In this document: piece by piece, positions 8,902 through 22,178 of the stretch
Layout: every line of letters begins with the position of its first letter
Position numbering within the stretch: the first letter of the stretch is position 1
Source: Bacteroidales bacterium
GTDB lineage: Bacteria; Bacteroidota; Bacteroidia; Bacteroidales; UBA932
Length of the DNA: 64,000 nt
Assembly (NCBI GenBank): GCA_017458265.1
Contig: JAFTFV010000023.1
Location: 27,916-91,915, forward strand
Direction: 5' to 3'
The notes under the pieces: model-generated
What the model saw: the letters and a program-made list of their open reading frames with translations, nothing else
What the model was told of the DNA's origin: nothing
Databases searched by the model: none
Made by a program: the position numbers and the translations under genes

Positions 8902-9840
8902 CTATACTCCGCGGCGGTACTCGCTGGGAGACATGCCGGTGCGTGTCTTGAAGAACTTGTTGAAGACGCTGGCGCTGGGGAAGTTCAGCTTGAAGACTAT
9001 CTCCTTGATGCTCTCGCCGGAGTAGCGCAGGAGGTTCTTGGCTTCCAGGATCACGAAGGCGTCAATCCAGTCCGGACCGCTGCGGCCGGAGGTGTCACGG
9101 ATTACCTTGGACAGGTACTTTGGAGTAAGGCAGAGCTTGTCGGCATAGAACTGCATGCCGCGCTGGGAGCCGTGGAACTCGGTGACAAGTTTAATGAAAC
9201 GCTCGAAGGTGAGCTGCGCCCTTGCGCCGGCATCCGTCAGCACGGCATCCTTTGTCCGGGACTGAATCTGCCTTTTCCAGATATCCTCTGCAAGATAGCT
9301 CAGGGATGACAGGAGCTCCTCTATGATTTGTTTTTTGTTTGACAGCGAGGATACCAGAACCTGTTTTGCCAGCAGGAAATAGGATTCGGCAAGGGACAGC
9401 TGCTCGTCGTCCAGGACAATGCACGGGTTTTCGAGAAGCTGGAGGCTGTCCTGGAAAACCTTGTTGAAATCGAGGCGCAGGCCTGACATGAATTCCTTGG
9501 AAAGGACGGCGAAGACAAGCCGCGTGTCGGCAATGCCTTCGTCGGAAGGGGAGTCTATCCTTATTATATTGCCCGGTACCGACACCAGCAGCGACCTTTC
9601 CTGCACCTCGTAACTGCCAAGGTTCACCTCTATCTTGAAATGTCCCTTCTTGAGAAAGAAGATGATGTACCCGTCAAACCGTATCGGGTACTTGAGGATT
9701 TCAAGGATACGGTTGTTCGCAAGGGCGTAGCCGCCCTCGGCCTCCCCAAGGATGAAGTCGCTGCCTATGGAGTAACTGTCAATGTTTCCGGAAAGCCTGA
9801 GAATTTTCTGGATGCTTATGTTTTGCAGGGCGTCTTGCAT
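8902..9840 (-). CDS. AraC family transcriptional regulator
   Basis: C-terminal YADKLCLTPKYLSKVI...IVFKLNFPSASVFNKFFKTRTGMSPSEYR helix-turn-helix. Start MQDALQ at 9840 is inferred. Confidence 0.9.
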   Translation of the reverse strand: MQDALQNISIQKILRLSGNIDSYSIGSDFILGEAEGGYALANNRILEILKYPIRFDGYIIFFLKKGHFKIEVNLGSYEVQERSLLVSVPGNIIRIDSPSDEGIADTRLVFAVLSKEFMSGLRLDFNKVFQDSLQLLENPCIVLDDEQLSLAESYFLLAKQVLVSSLSNKKQIIEELLSSLSYLAEDIWKRQIQSRTKDAVLTDAGARAQLTFERFIKLVTEFHGSQRGMQFYADKLCLTPKYLSKVIRDTSGRSGPDWIDAFVILEAKNLLRYSGESIKEIVFKLNFPSASVFNKFFKTRTGMSPSEYRRGV

Positions 9841-9970
9841 AAAGGTAGGATTATTGTTTTCTCCGCCAAAGATACTAAAAAACGGTAAAAACATGTAAAA
9901 AATTCGCAAAATTCGACCAAAAGAAAACAAAAACGAAGAAAGCAGGCTTTTTTAGGCGAAATATTGGTCT

Positions 9971-9978
9971 TAATTTTG
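9971..9978 (+). promoter_or_regulatory. -7 promoter element for the TolC/HlyD/ABC-2 operon
   Basis: TAATTTTG upstream of the ATG at 10020. Confidence 0.5.
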
Positions 9979-10019
9979 CACCCGGAAAAACGAAAAGAAA
10001 ATTATCAAAACTACCGAAT

Positions 10020-11524
10020 ATGAAAAAGTCTTTGATTTGGGTTGCAATCCTCATGGTCTCCGCGCCTCTGCATGGACAGACCGTGCTCACCCTCGATGAC
10101 TGCCGGCAGATGGCCGTAAGTACGTCCAAGGCGCTGAGCCAGGCCACGACGGCGGTGGAGATGGCCGGTTATGACAGGAAGATTGCGTTTGCGAATTACT
10201 TCCCCAGCGTCAGCGCCACGGGTGTGTACATATACAATAACAGGAACATCTCTCTCGTGAGCGAGGAGCAGTCCCGGAAGATAAGGACCGCCGGCGACAA
10301 GATGCAGGAAGGTATCAACTCCGCAGCGCAGATCCATCCGGACGTGCCAGAAGAGGTCCTCTCGAACCCTTTGTACCAGCATGTGCTGGAGCTCCTCCAG
10401 GGCAGGATAGACGGCATGATTCCCAACATCGCTGAGCCGGTGAACGCCATCGGCGCAGAGATTGACGACGCCCTCCATCCGGACCTTCATAATATCATGG
10501 CAGGTGCCGTTACGGTGCGCCAGCCAATCTTCGTCGGCGGCAAGATAGTCTATTCCAACCAGATGGCCGCCCTTGCCGAAGACCTCGCCAAGGCAAAGTA
10601 CGACATGGAATATGCCGATGTCCTCCTGGACACCGACCAGGCCTACTGGCAGATAGTCTCCATCGCCGGAAAGAAGAAGCTGGCCGAATCCTACAGCGCT
10701 CTCCTTCATCAGATGGAAAACGACGTGCTGCTTGCCGTCCGGGAAGGAGTGGCCACCGAATCGGACGCCCTACAGATAAAGGTCAAGGCCAACGAGGCCG
10801 ACATGCTCCTCACCAAAGCCGCCAACGGCCTTGTGCTCTCGAAGATGCTCCTCTGCAAGAAGACCGGCCTCCCCCTGGACACGGAAATCATCCTTGCTAT
10901 GAATCCCTGGACGTAATTCCCGTCCCCGCGGCGGTAAGGGAAAGGTCCATTGAGGACATCTGGTCATCCCGCCCTGAAACCCGCAGCCTCACCCTTGCCG
11001 GCGAGATCTTCGACCGCAAGGCCAAGGTCGCAAGGGCCGACATGATGCCGAAGGTGCTTGCAGCTGGAGGATTCCTCCTCCCCAATCCCAATGCGTATGA
11101 CGGCATCCAGAGCATCTGGCAGGGCGGAACCCTCTGCGTCGGAGTCGTGGTGAACGTCCCCATCTTCCACGCCGGCGAAAGCCTTAACAAGTATCGCAAG
11201 GCAAAGGCCGAAGCCCGTCTGTACACTGACAAGCTCGAAGACGCAAAACAGCTTATCAGCCTCCAGGTGACCCAGCAGCGCAAGCTCTTCGACGAAGCTC
11301 TCGAAAAACTGACGATGGCCGAGTCCAACCTCCACAGTGCCGAGGAGAATCTCCGCAAGGCGACGGTCGGTTACCAGGCCGGCGTGGTGGAGACCAACAC
11401 GGCGCTTGGCGCCCACACGGCCTGGCTCAGCGCCCACAGCGAATATATAGACGCCGGCATAGAACTCCAGATGGCCGCGGCCTCACTCAGGAAAGCGGAA
11501 GGTGAAACAGTTAACAACATATAA
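10020..11524 (+). pseudogene. TolC family outer membrane efflux protein, split by a 1-nt frameshift near 10898 (real lesion or sequence error)
   Basis: ORF 10020-10916 is the N-half. A shifted frame continues ...ESLDVIPVPAAVRERSIEDIWSSRPETRSL... into ORF 11042-11524. Sequence GCT^ATGAATCC restores ILADESLD if one base is added. Confidence 0.8.
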
Positions 11525-11528
11525 AGAG

Positions 11529-12518
11529 ATGAAAAAGAATTATAACCTGCTCATAGGTGTTTGCGCCCTCGTGGCGGTGATATTGATAGTGGCCGTGGCC
11601 GGGTATGTGGCCTCCCGCCCCAAGGCGATCGTAATCCAGGGAGAGGCCGAGGCTACGGAATACCGGGTCTCCGGCAAGGTCCCGGGCCGTATCGAGGAAT
11701 TCCGTGCCGATGAAGGCCAGGCGGTGCGCAAGGGTGACACCCTCGTAGTCATCGACTCCCCGGAAATACGTTCCAAGCTGGCCGAGGCCAATGCCGCCCG
11801 CGCGGCGGCCATGGCCCAGCGCGACAAGGCCTACAACGGCGCCCGCAGCGAACAGATAACGGGTGCGTACGAGATGTGGCAGAAAGCCCTCGTGGGACAG
11901 GATGTGATGAGAAAGTCCTACGAGAGAATCAAGAAGCTGCACGATGAGAAGGTGGTTTCGGACCAGAAGTATGACGAAGTCAAGGCCCAGTATGACGCCG
12001 CCCGCGCTACGGCGAGGGCCGCAAAAAGCCAGTATGACATGGCCCTGAGGGGCGCACGTCAGGAGGACAAGGATGCGGCCGTCGCCCTGGTGGAGCGCGC
12101 GAACGCGGCCGTCGACCTCGTCAACTCCTACCGCGACGAAATCATGCTCACTTCCCCTGCCGACGGAATCATTGCGGCAAGGTATCCCAAGGTGGGGGAA
12201 CTCGTGGGCCAGGGATCTCCCATCATGACAATACAGGACCTTGACGACATGTGGCTCACTTTCAACATCCGCGAAGACCGCCTGGACGGAATGCGCTCCG
12301 GCGACCATCTCCAGCTCACCGTCCCCGCGCTCAGGAACGCCTCCATAACAGCTACCGTATACTATGTGGCCGTCCGCGAATCATACGCGACATGGCGTGC
12401 CACCAAGGAGATAGGCGAATTCGACACCCGCACCTTCGAGGTCCGAGCAAGGCCGGACACCAAGGTTGAGGGCCTCCGCCCCGGAATGAGCGTAATCCTT
12501 CTCAGGAGGGAGAAATAA
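11529..12518 (+). CDS. HlyD family membrane fusion protein
   Basis: N-terminal TM anchor; VSGKVPGRIEEF...GQAVRKGDTL lipoyl-like hairpin; SPADGII and LRPGMS. Confidence 0.9.
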   Translation: MKKNYNLLIGVCALVAVILIVAVAGYVASRPKAIVIQGEAEATEYRVSGKVPGRIEEFRADEGQAVRKGDTLVVIDSPEIRSKLAEANAARAAAMAQRDKAYNGARSEQITGAYEMWQKALVGQDVMRKSYERIKKLHDEKVVSDQKYDEVKAQYDAARATARAAKSQYDMALRGARQEDKDAAVALVERANAAVDLVNSYRDEIMLTSPADGIIAARYPKVGELVGQGSPIMTIQDLDDMWLTFNIREDRLDGMRSGDHLQLTVPALRNASITATVYYVAVRESYATWRATKEIGEFDTRTFEVRARPDTKVEGLRPGMSVILLRREK

Positions 12519-13681
12519 TGAAACGCATCTCAAACATAATAAGGCGTGAACTTTACCTCTGGTCCAAAAGGCCGATATACCTTCTGGGCTCGGTGGAAGT
12601 GATGCTGGCATCCGCCATTTTCTTCCTGAGCTTCTTCGGGAAGGGACTGCCGGAGGACATCCCCATCGGTGTGGTGGACAGGGACTGCTCCTCCACGTCC
12701 AGGAACTTCATCCAGCAGCTGGACGCGACGCAGCTTGGAAATGTCATTCGCTTCGGGAGCATACCGGAAGCAAGGCGTGAGCTGGAGACTGGAAAGATAT
12801 CGGCCTATGTGGTTATACCTGAGAGGTTTGACGAGGACGTGCAGGCTTTCCGCTGCCCCAGGATGGGGGTGTATGTGAATGCCATGAATCCGGTCATCGG
12901 AGGGGCCCTTGCATACAAGGACGTGCTCACCATGGTGAATCTCACCAACGGAGCCGTCCAGAGGCAGGTCCTCAGGGCAAAGGGCGTGAACGAGAGGGAG
13001 ATAATGGCAAGGATACAGCCCGTCGTGGTGGATGCGCACAATATCGGCAACGCCCCCACCAACTATGCCTACTATCTCTGCAACATGATCCTGTCCGGGC
13101 TGTTGGCGATGAGCATCATGCTAGTCGTTTCCTACGCCCTGGCGTCGGAGCTTAAATTCGGCACCTCCCGTCAGCTGCTCGCCCTGGGCGGGGACGATAT
13201 CGGCCTCACGGTGCTTGCGAAGCTCGTGCCCTATACGGTGCTCTTCACAATGCTGGGAGTGTCGCTGGAGCTGGTTATGTTCGGCCCGCTGCATTATCCC
13301 ATGAGGGGGTCTGTCCTTAACATGGTCCTAGCGGTTCTTCTCATGGTGCTTGCATACGAGGCGGTATCAGTCTTCGTGGTGTCCATGGTCCCCACCCTCC
13401 GCCTTTCCGTCTGCATCAGCGCCCTGTACAGCATACTTGGCTTCTCCTTCGCGGGATTCACGCTTCCGGTGAGCTCTCTGCCTCCTGCGCTGCAGGGGCT
13501 GTCGGCCATCTACCCGCTGCGCAGTTACTATCAGTTCTACGTGCAGGAGGCGGTTTTCGGGACCGGTTTCCGGGGATGGTGGCTGCAGGCGGTCATGCTG
13601 CTTGTTTTCCAGCTTGTCCCTCTCGTCGGGCTCAGGCGCCTTGGTGATGCATATAAATACCAGAATTATCCCATCAACTGA
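12518..13681 (+). CDS. ABC-2 type permease (YhhJ/YbhS-like)
   Basis: PIGVVDRDCSSTSR periplasmic domain followed by TM helices; GFTLPVSSLP. Confidence 0.85.
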   Translation: MKRISNIIRRELYLWSKRPIYLLGSVEVMLASAIFFLSFFGKGLPEDIPIGVVDRDCSSTSRNFIQQLDATQLGNVIRFGSIPEARRELETGKISAYVVIPERFDEDVQAFRCPRMGVYVNAMNPVIGGALAYKDVLTMVNLTNGAVQRQVLRAKGVNEREIMARIQPVVVDAHNIGNAPTNYAYYLCNMILSGLLAMSIMLVVSYALASELKFGTSRQLLALGGDDIGLTVLAKLVPYTVLFTMLGVSLELVMFGPLHYPMRGSVLNMVLAVLLMVLAYEAVSVFVVSMVPTLRLSVCISALYSILGFSFAGFTLPVSSLPPALQGLSAIYPLRSYYQFYVQEAVFGTGFRGWWLQAVMLLVFQLVPLVGLRRLGDAYKYQNYPIN

Positions 13682-13683
13682 TC

Positions 13684-16440
<2,757 letters not shown>

Positions 16441-16441
<1 letters not shown>

Positions 16442-16683
16442 TGGATTTGACACTGCATATCCTTTCCCCGGAGGGGCCTGTACTTGAGACAGGGGCCGAT
16501 CTCGTGACCCTTCCCGGCGCCGCCGGCTCCTTCACCATCCTCAAGGACCACGCCCCCATAGTGACCGCCCTGGTGAAGGGCAATGTCCGCTATGTCTCCG
16601 AAGGAAAGGAAGAACTCGTCCCCATCAAGGAAGGCTTTGCCGAGGTCCGCAGCAACACCGTAACCGTCTGTGCCGAAGTATGA
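16441..16683 (+). CDS. atpC: ATP synthase epsilon subunit (N-terminal domain only, 80 aa)
   Basis: LVTLPGAAGSFTILKDHAPIVTAL. Confidence 0.92.
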
Positions 16684-17720
16684 TAGCAGCGCTCCTCATA
16701 TCGCTTCTTCTACTCCAGGCGCCGGTGGAATCTCCATCCGCCTTTGACATGGACGAATACCTCTATGGCCATGTCATGGATGCATACGACTGGCACATCA
16801 CCACTATAAACGGCAAACATATAAGCATTCCGCTGCCGGTGATTGTGCGCAGCAAGACAACCGGATGGCATGTGTTCTCTTCGGCAAAACTTGCCCACGG
16901 ACACGAATACGAAGGCTTTTTCATCCATCATGACGCGGAGTCCCACAAGGACAGGATAATGGAGCATACTTCTGCGGGCGACGTGCGTCCGCTTGACATC
17001 TCCATAACAAAGAACGTCGCCGGACTCATGTTCAACAGCCTTGTGCTGGTGCTGCTGGTGCTTTTGGGCGTCAGGTGGTACCGCAAGCACGATGCCCGGG
17101 AGGAAGCCCCCGGCGGTTTCAGCGGCCTTCTGGAGATGCTGGTGATGATGGTGGAGAACGATATCATCAAGCCCTGTATCGGCAGGGATTATAAGCGCTA
17201 TTCACCGTATCTTCTCACGGCATTCTTCTTTATTTTCGTGAACAACCTGCTGGGAATAGTGCCGTTCTTCCCGGGGGGCGCGAATATAACAGGAAACATC
17301 GCAGTCACCTTCATGATGGCCATGTTCACTTTCCTGGCCGTGAATCTTTTCGGCAACAAGCATTATTACAAGGATATTTTCTGGCCGGACGTTCCTGTAT
17401 TCCTCAAGGCCATCCCGCTGATGCCGCTCATCGAGATAATCGGCGTGTTTACAAAGCCCTTCTCGCTGATGGTGAGGCTTTTTGCCAACATACTTGCCGG
17501 TCACATGATGATTCTTGGCGTGGTGTCGGTTGTGTTCCTCACGGCCGAACTTGGCGCCGCAATGAACAGCGGTCTCAGCGTCATCGCCGTCCTCTTCGGT
17601 GTGTTTATGGATATCCTGGAATTGCTGGTAGCATTCCTCCAGGCTTATATATTTACCATGCTTTCAAGTGTGTTCATCGGCCTCAGCCGACAGCATCCGG
17701 AGCAGGAAAAAGCAGAATAA
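16680..17720 (+). CDS. atpB: Fo subunit a with Bacteroidetes-type N-terminal extension
   Basis: KPFSLMVRLFANILAGH (conserved Arg) and LQAYIFTMLS. Confidence 0.95.
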   Translation: MIAALLISLLLLQAPVESPSAFDMDEYLYGHVMDAYDWHITTINGKHISIPLPVIVRSKTTGWHVFSSAKLAHGHEYEGFFIHHDAESHKDRIMEHTSAGDVRPLDISITKNVAGLMFNSLVLVLLVLLGVRWYRKHDAREEAPGGFSGLLEMLVMMVENDIIKPCIGRDYKRYSPYLLTAFFFIFVNNLLGIVPFFPGGANITGNIAVTFMMAMFTFLAVNLFGNKHYYKDIFWPDVPVFLKAIPLMPLIEIIGVFTKPFSLMVRLFANILAGHMMILGVVSVVFLTAELGAAMNSGLSVIAVLFGVFMDILELLVAFLQAYIFTMLSSVFIGLSRQHPEQEKAE

Positions 17721-17741
17721 TAACTTTAAAATGATAGTATT

Positions 17742-17993
17742 ATGATTTTGTCAACTATGATCCTTCAGGCTGCCGCAAGTGCAGCTCTCGGAAAGGCCGG
17801 TGCCGCTCTTGGCGCAGGTATCGCAGCAATCGCAGCCGCTATCGGTATCGGCAACATCGGCAAGGCAGCCCTTGAGGCCGGTGCACGCCAGCCCGAGAAG
17901 GCCGACCACTACCGCCTCACCGCAATCATCATCGGCGCTCTGGTGGAAGGCGCCTGCCTCTTCGCAATCCTGGTCTGTCTTATCGGCAAGTAA
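17742..17993 (+). CDS. atpE: Fo subunit c
   Basis: GIGNIG, ARQPE loop, ALVEGACLFA. Confidence 0.95.
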   Translation: MILSTMILQAAASAALGKAGAALGAGIAAIAAAIGIGNIGKAALEAGARQPEKADHYRLTAIIIGALVEGACLFAILVCLIGK

Positions 17994-17996
17994 AAA

Positions 17997-18503
17997 ATGT
18001 CCCTTATTACTCCAGATTTCGGGCTTCTGTTCTGGATGACGCTGATTTTCGGCATCGTCTTCTTCATTCTGGCCAAATTTGGCTTTCCCGTGCTTACGGA
18101 GATGGTCAGAAAACGCCAGGAGAGGATTGAACAGTCCCTCAAGGATGCCCGCGATATAGAGGAGAGAATGGCTTCCTGGACTCAGAAGGAGGCGAAAATG
18201 AGGGAAGACGCCCGCAAGGGCCAGGCGCTCATGCTGAGGGAGGCGGCAGAGGAGAAGAACCGCATCATTGCCGATGCCCGCACTGAGGCCAAATCAGAGG
18301 CCGACAAGCTCCTTGCCGAAGCCCGCACTTCCATCTCCGCCGAAAAGGAAAGCGCCCTCAGGGACGTGCGCCGCGAGGTCGCCATCCTGGGCGTCGAGGT
18401 TGCGGAAAAAATCCTCCGCGAAGAGCTTTCCGGTGCCGATGCCCAGCGCGCCTACCTCGAAAAAATGCTGGATGAAGCATCCAAGGCCGATACAATAAAG
18501 TGA
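17997..18503 (+). CDS. atpF: Fo subunit b
   Basis: PDFGLLFW N-terminal anchor followed by a coiled coil. Confidence 0.95.
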   Translation: MSLITPDFGLLFWMTLIFGIVFFILAKFGFPVLTEMVRKRQERIEQSLKDARDIEERMASWTQKEAKMREDARKGQALMLREAAEEKNRIIADARTEAKSEADKLLAEARTSISAEKESALRDVRREVAILGVEVAEKILREELSGADAQRAYLEKMLDEASKADTIK

Positions 18504-19060
18504 ACCAGAGCATAGTCATAACGCGATATGCACGGGCCCTCGTCAAGTATGTGGCGGAGACCGGTGGCGGCGCCGTTGTGTGCTCTGAAGCAGAGGCCCT
18601 TGTGAAGGCGCTCCACAGCGTTCCGGACCTTTCCCGCATGGTAAGGGCGTCGGACGACGTGGTCTCTCCCTTTGACAAGAAAAAGCTTCTCCAGGGTGCC
18701 CTGGGCAATAAAATGTCCAGTGAACTGAGCCGTTTTCTCACACTGCTCAACCGCAAGGGCCGGATGGACCTCGTCGAGGACATCCTCCGTGACTTTACGG
18801 GCATGTACTACAGGAGTGTCGGCAAGAGGGTAGTACAGCTTGTCGTGGCGGTGGAGCCTTCCGAACGCCTCGTCCAGAGGGTGCGGGACCTTATAAAGGA
18901 CAAGACCGGTGACGATGCCGTCATAAGCGTGGCGGTAGATCCGGACATTATCGGCGGCTTTGTGCTGGACTTTGACGACTACCTGCTGGACGCCAGCGCC
19001 CGCAGGGCTCTTGACCGCATCAAAGAGCAATTTATTGAACAAAACAGACGAATTATCTGA
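18500..19060 (+). CDS. atpH: F1 delta subunit
   Basis: ITRYARAL and [11 protein letters not shown]; GTG start. Confidence 0.93.
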   Translation: MNQSIVITRYARALVKYVAETGGGAVVCSEAEALVKALHSVPDLSRMVRASDDVVSPFDKKKLLQGALGNKMSSELSRFLTLLNRKGRMDLVEDILRDFTGMYYRSVGKRVVQLVVAVEPSERLVQRVRDLIKDKTGDDAVISVAVDPDIIGGFVLDFDDYLLDASARRALDRIKEQFIEQNRRII

Positions 19061-20643
19061 TGGCAGAAAACCTAAGACCAAGTGAAGTGTCAGATATCCT
19101 GCTGGGGCAGCTCAGGGATATGAAAAACGAGCTCCATTTCGAGGAGATAGGCAAGGCCCTGCAGGTGAGTGACGGTGTAGTGCGAATCTACGGACTGGAC
19201 AATGCCGAGGCCGGCGAACTGCTGGACTGCGGAAACGGAGTCATGGCCGTGGTGATGAACCTGGAGGCCGACAACGTCGGCGCCGTCCTTATGGGCCCTA
19301 CAGACCAGATCAAGGAAGGAATGGTGGTCCGGAGGACCGGGCGCATCGCATCCATCGGCGTAAATGAAAACCTGCTGGGAAGGGTAGTGGACCCGCTGGG
19401 CAATCCGCTGGACGGCCTGGGCCCCGTCGAAGGGGAGAAGGTGGACATGCCGCTTGAAAGGAAGGCGCCGGGAGTAATCTTCCGCCAGCCGGTTACAGAG
19501 CCGCTGAAAACGGGTCTGAAGGCCATTGACGCCATGATTCCTATCGGCAGGGGACAGAGGGAACTCATCATCGGAGACCGCCAGACGGGAAAGACGGCGA
19601 TTGCCATCGACACCATCATTAACCAGAGGCAGGAGTTTCTGGTCGGAAAACCGGTGTACTGCATCTATGTGGCCGTGGGCCAGAAGGGCAGTACGGTGGC
19701 GTCCATCGTGAAGACGCTGCGCGAGCACGGAGCCATGGACTACACCACCGTTGTGGCTGCAACTGCCGCAGATCCTGCAGCACTGCAGTATTTCGCACCG
19801 TTTGCGGGAGCGGCCATCGGCGAGTATTTCCGCGATACCGGCCGCCATGCGCTGGTGGTCTATGACGACCTCTCCAAGCAGGCGGTTTCTTACAGGGAAG
19901 TGTCCCTTATCCTTAAGCGTCCTTCCGGCCGTGAGGCATACCCGGGCGATATTTTCTACCTGCATTCCCGTCTTCTCGAGAGGGCGGCAAGGATTATCGA
20001 CCAGCAGGAGGTTGCGGCCGCCATGAACGACCTTCCCGAAGCCATGAAGGACAAGGTCCGCGGCGGAGGCTCGCTCACCGCGCTGCCAATAATCGAGACG
20101 CAGGCGGGAGACGTATCGGCATATATTCCTACCAATGTCATTTCCATTACCGACGGCCAGATTTACCTGGAGCAGAGCCTTTTCAACCAGGGCGTGCGTC
20201 CTGCAATCAATGTGGGTATCAGCGTGTCCCGAGTGGGCGGCAGCGCACAGGTGAAATCCATGAAGAAGGTTGCCGGTACCCTCAAGATAGACCAGGCCCA
20301 GTGGACGGAACTGGAGGCCTTCTCCAAGTTCTCTTCCGATGTGGACAAGGTCACCGAAATGGCCCTGGACAAGGGCAGGAAGAACAATCAGCTCCTCATC
20401 CAGCCCCAGTATTCCCCCATGCCGATGGGAGAGCAGGTAGCCATCCTCTACTGCGGAACCAAGGCCCTCATGAAGGACATTCCGGTTTCCAGAGTGAGGG
20501 AGTTCCAGACCGCCTTCCTCGACCGCATGCGCGCCTCCCACAGTGCCGATGTCCTCACCCCCCTCGGCGAAGGCAAACTCACCCCCGAGATAGAGAAAAC
20601 CCTCGCCGATGTAGCCGCATCGGTAATTCTTAGCATGAACTGA
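19060..20643 (+). CDS. atpA: F1 alpha subunit
   Basis: [35 protein letters not shown]. Confidence 0.98.
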   Translation: MAENLRPSEVSDILLGQLRDMKNELHFEEIGKALQVSDGVVRIYGLDNAEAGELLDCGNGVMAVVMNLEADNVGAVLMGPTDQIKEGMVVRRTGRIASIGVNENLLGRVVDPLGNPLDGLGPVEGEKVDMPLERKAPGVIFRQPVTEPLKTGLKAIDAMIPIGRGQRELIIGDRQTGKTAIAIDTIINQRQEFLVGKPVYCIYVAVGQKGSTVASIVKTLREHGAMDYTTVVAATAADPAALQYFAPFAGAAIGEYFRDTGRHALVVYDDLSKQAVSYREVSLILKRPSGREAYPGDIFYLHSRLLERAARIIDQQEVAAAMNDLPEAMKDKVRGGGSLTALPIIETQAGDVSAYIPTNVISITDGQIYLEQSLFNQGVRPAINVGISVSRVGGSAQVKSMKKVAGTLKIDQAQWTELEAFSKFSSDVDKVTEMALDKGRKNNQLLIQPQYSPMPMGEQVAILYCGTKALMKDIPVSRVREFQTAFLDRMRASHSADVLTPLGEGKLTPEIEKTLADVAASVILSMN

Positions 20644-20646
20644 TTT

Positions 20647-20675
20647 TGTCATTTCGAGCGTAGTCGAGAAATCTC
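20647..20675 (+). repeat. TGTC-tagged palindromic repeat, copy 2
   Basis: TGTCATTTCGAGCGTAGTCGAGAAATCTC fills 29 of the 32 nt between the atpA stop and the atpG ATG. Confidence 0.88.
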
Positions 20676-21599
20676 ATGCCCACACTGAAGGAAATAAAAG
20701 GCCGCATCGCCTCCGTGCAGAGCACGCTGAAGATAACTTCGGCGATGAAGCTCGTGTCCTCTGCTAAACTCCGCAAGGCGCAGGCCGCCATCGAGGCCAT
20801 GAGGCCGTATCAGGAGCGGCTCGGCGCCATGCTGGAGCTTGCCGCGGGCACGAAACAGGGTGTTTCCGTGTCCGGGCAGCCTGAAATCGGCCCTTTGGAC
20901 ACCAAACAGGGTGTTTCCGTGCCCGGGCGTACCGTGGTCATCGCCATGGCGTCAAATTCGTCGCTCTGCGGCGGATTCAACGCCCAGGTCATAGCCAAGG
21001 CGAAGGAAGTGCTGCGTGATTGTCCCGGCGCTCAGGTCATCGCCATCGGCCGCAAAATGTCCGACGCCCTCCGCAAGTCCGGTGCCCCCGTGTACACCAC
21101 CTCCGCCCCCTCTGCCCTTTCGGACCACCCCTCCTACGCCCCCGTTTCTGCCATCACGGACACCCTCATGGCCGATTCCTCAGTAGGCCGGGTGCTCCTC
21201 GTGTACAACCACTTCGTCTCTACCGGCAAGCAGGTCCCCGTGGTGGAAACCCTGTTTGTTGCCACGGACGGAAAAGAGGCCGTTTTTCCGGCGGAAGGGC
21301 AGAATTCCGTGGCTGCGGACGGAAAAGAGGCCGTTTTCCCGGCGCCGGATGTGATCCTGGAGCCATCCCGTCAGGAGCTTTTGGAGGCGCTGTATCCAAA
21401 GTCCGTGAAGATAAAGTTCTTTGCGGCGCTGCTTGACAGCGCGGCGGCAGAGCATGCTGCCCGCACTGTGGCCATGCAGGCCGCAACCGACAATGGCGAA
21501 GACCTTCTTCAGGAACTCACGCTCCAGTACAACAAGGGCCGCCAGCAGAAAATTACCAACGAGATTCTGGACCTCGCAGGAGGTTCCCAGACTCAATAA
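20676..21599 (+). CDS. atpG: F1 gamma subunit containing two internal 17-aa tandem duplications
   Basis: ITSAMKLVSSAKL, SLCGGFN, AAEHAARTVAM, YNKGRQQKITNEI. Confidence 0.96.
   Translation: MPTLKEIKGRIASVQSTLKITSAMKLVSSAKLRKAQAAIEAMRPYQERLGAMLELAAGTKQGVSVSGQPEIGPLDTKQGVSVPGRTVVIAMASNSSLCGGFNAQVIAKAKEVLRDCPGAQVIAIGRKMSDALRKSGAPVYTTSAPSALSDHPSYAPVSAITDTLMADSSVGRVLLVYNHFVSTGKQVPVVETLFVATDGKEAVFPAEGQNSVAADGKEAVFPAPDVILEPSRQELLEALYPKSVKIKFFAALLDSAAAEHAARTVAMQAATDNGEDLLQELTLQYNKGRQQKITNEILDLAGGSQTQ
20847..20930 (+). repeat. In-frame 51-nt-period duplication in atpG (site 1)
   Basis: GGCACGAAACAGGGTGTTTCCGTGTCCGGGC...GACACCAAACAGGGTGTTTCCGTGCCCGGGC, encoding GTKQGVSVSG/DTKQGVSVPG. Confidence 0.85.
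21261..21344 (+). repeat. In-frame 51-nt-period duplication in atpG (site 2)
   Basis: GCCACGGACGGAAAAGAGGCCGTTTTTCCGGCG...GCTGCGGACGGAAAAGAGGCCGTTTTCCCGGCG, encoding ATDGKEAVFPA/AADGKEAVFPA. Confidence 0.85.
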
Positions 21600-21627
21600 T
21601 GTCTTTATGTTTAACTAATTAATTATC

Positions 21628-22149
21628 ATGAAAAAACTTTTCATTGCAGTTGTTGCTGCATTCATCGGCATCTCTGCCAACGCTCAGCTCTATGTGGGCG
21701 GTAACATCGGTCTCACATCCAACGCAGACGCCAAGACAACTTCTTTCAGCCTCCTTCCCGAGGTGGGTTATTCACTCGACGATAATATGTCTTTCGGTGC
21801 CGTAGTTGGTTTCACAAGCTATGCCAAGAAGGACAACTATACCGACACAAACTTTATCCTCCAGCCTTACTTCCGTTACACCTTCCTTGAGCTTGGTCCC
21901 GTAAAGGTTTTCGCAGATGCACAGCTCCAGCTTGACTTCTGGAACAACAAGATCTACGTTACCGACAACACTACCAACACCACCAGCGGTACCAATTTCG
22001 GCATCGGCATTGCTCCCGGTATCGCCATCCCCGTGTCCGACAACCTTTCCTTCGTCGCACACCTCGGCCAGTTCGGTTACTACAACAATACCCTCATGCT
22101 CGGCCTTAACGCCAACAACGTCCTCTGCGGCGTCTACTACAGCTTCTGA
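21628..22149 (+). CDS. Outer membrane beta-barrel protein (porin-like)
   Basis: Signal peptide ending ANA-Q, alternating beta-strands, C-terminal GVYYSF. Confidence 0.85.
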   Translation: MKKLFIAVVAAFIGISANAQLYVGGNIGLTSNADAKTTSFSLLPEVGYSLDDNMSFGAVVGFTSYAKKDNYTDTNFILQPYFRYTFLELGPVKVFADAQLQLDFWNNKIYVTDNTTNTTSGTNFGIGIAPGIAIPVSDNLSFVAHLGQFGYYNNTLMLGLNANNVLCGVYYSF

Positions 22150-22178
22150 TCCGCTGCGCTCCTTTGGGCGCAAGATTT

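Noticed and set aside
11042-11524. Separate small gene
   Set aside because: It is the C-terminal half of the frameshifted TolC
19090-20652. Long antisense ORFs (also 13960-15348, 25642-26787, 44942-46252, 54793-56061, 56530-57738, 59596-60768)
   Set aside because: Shadow frames of well-supported genes in GC-rich codon usage, with no recognisable motifs
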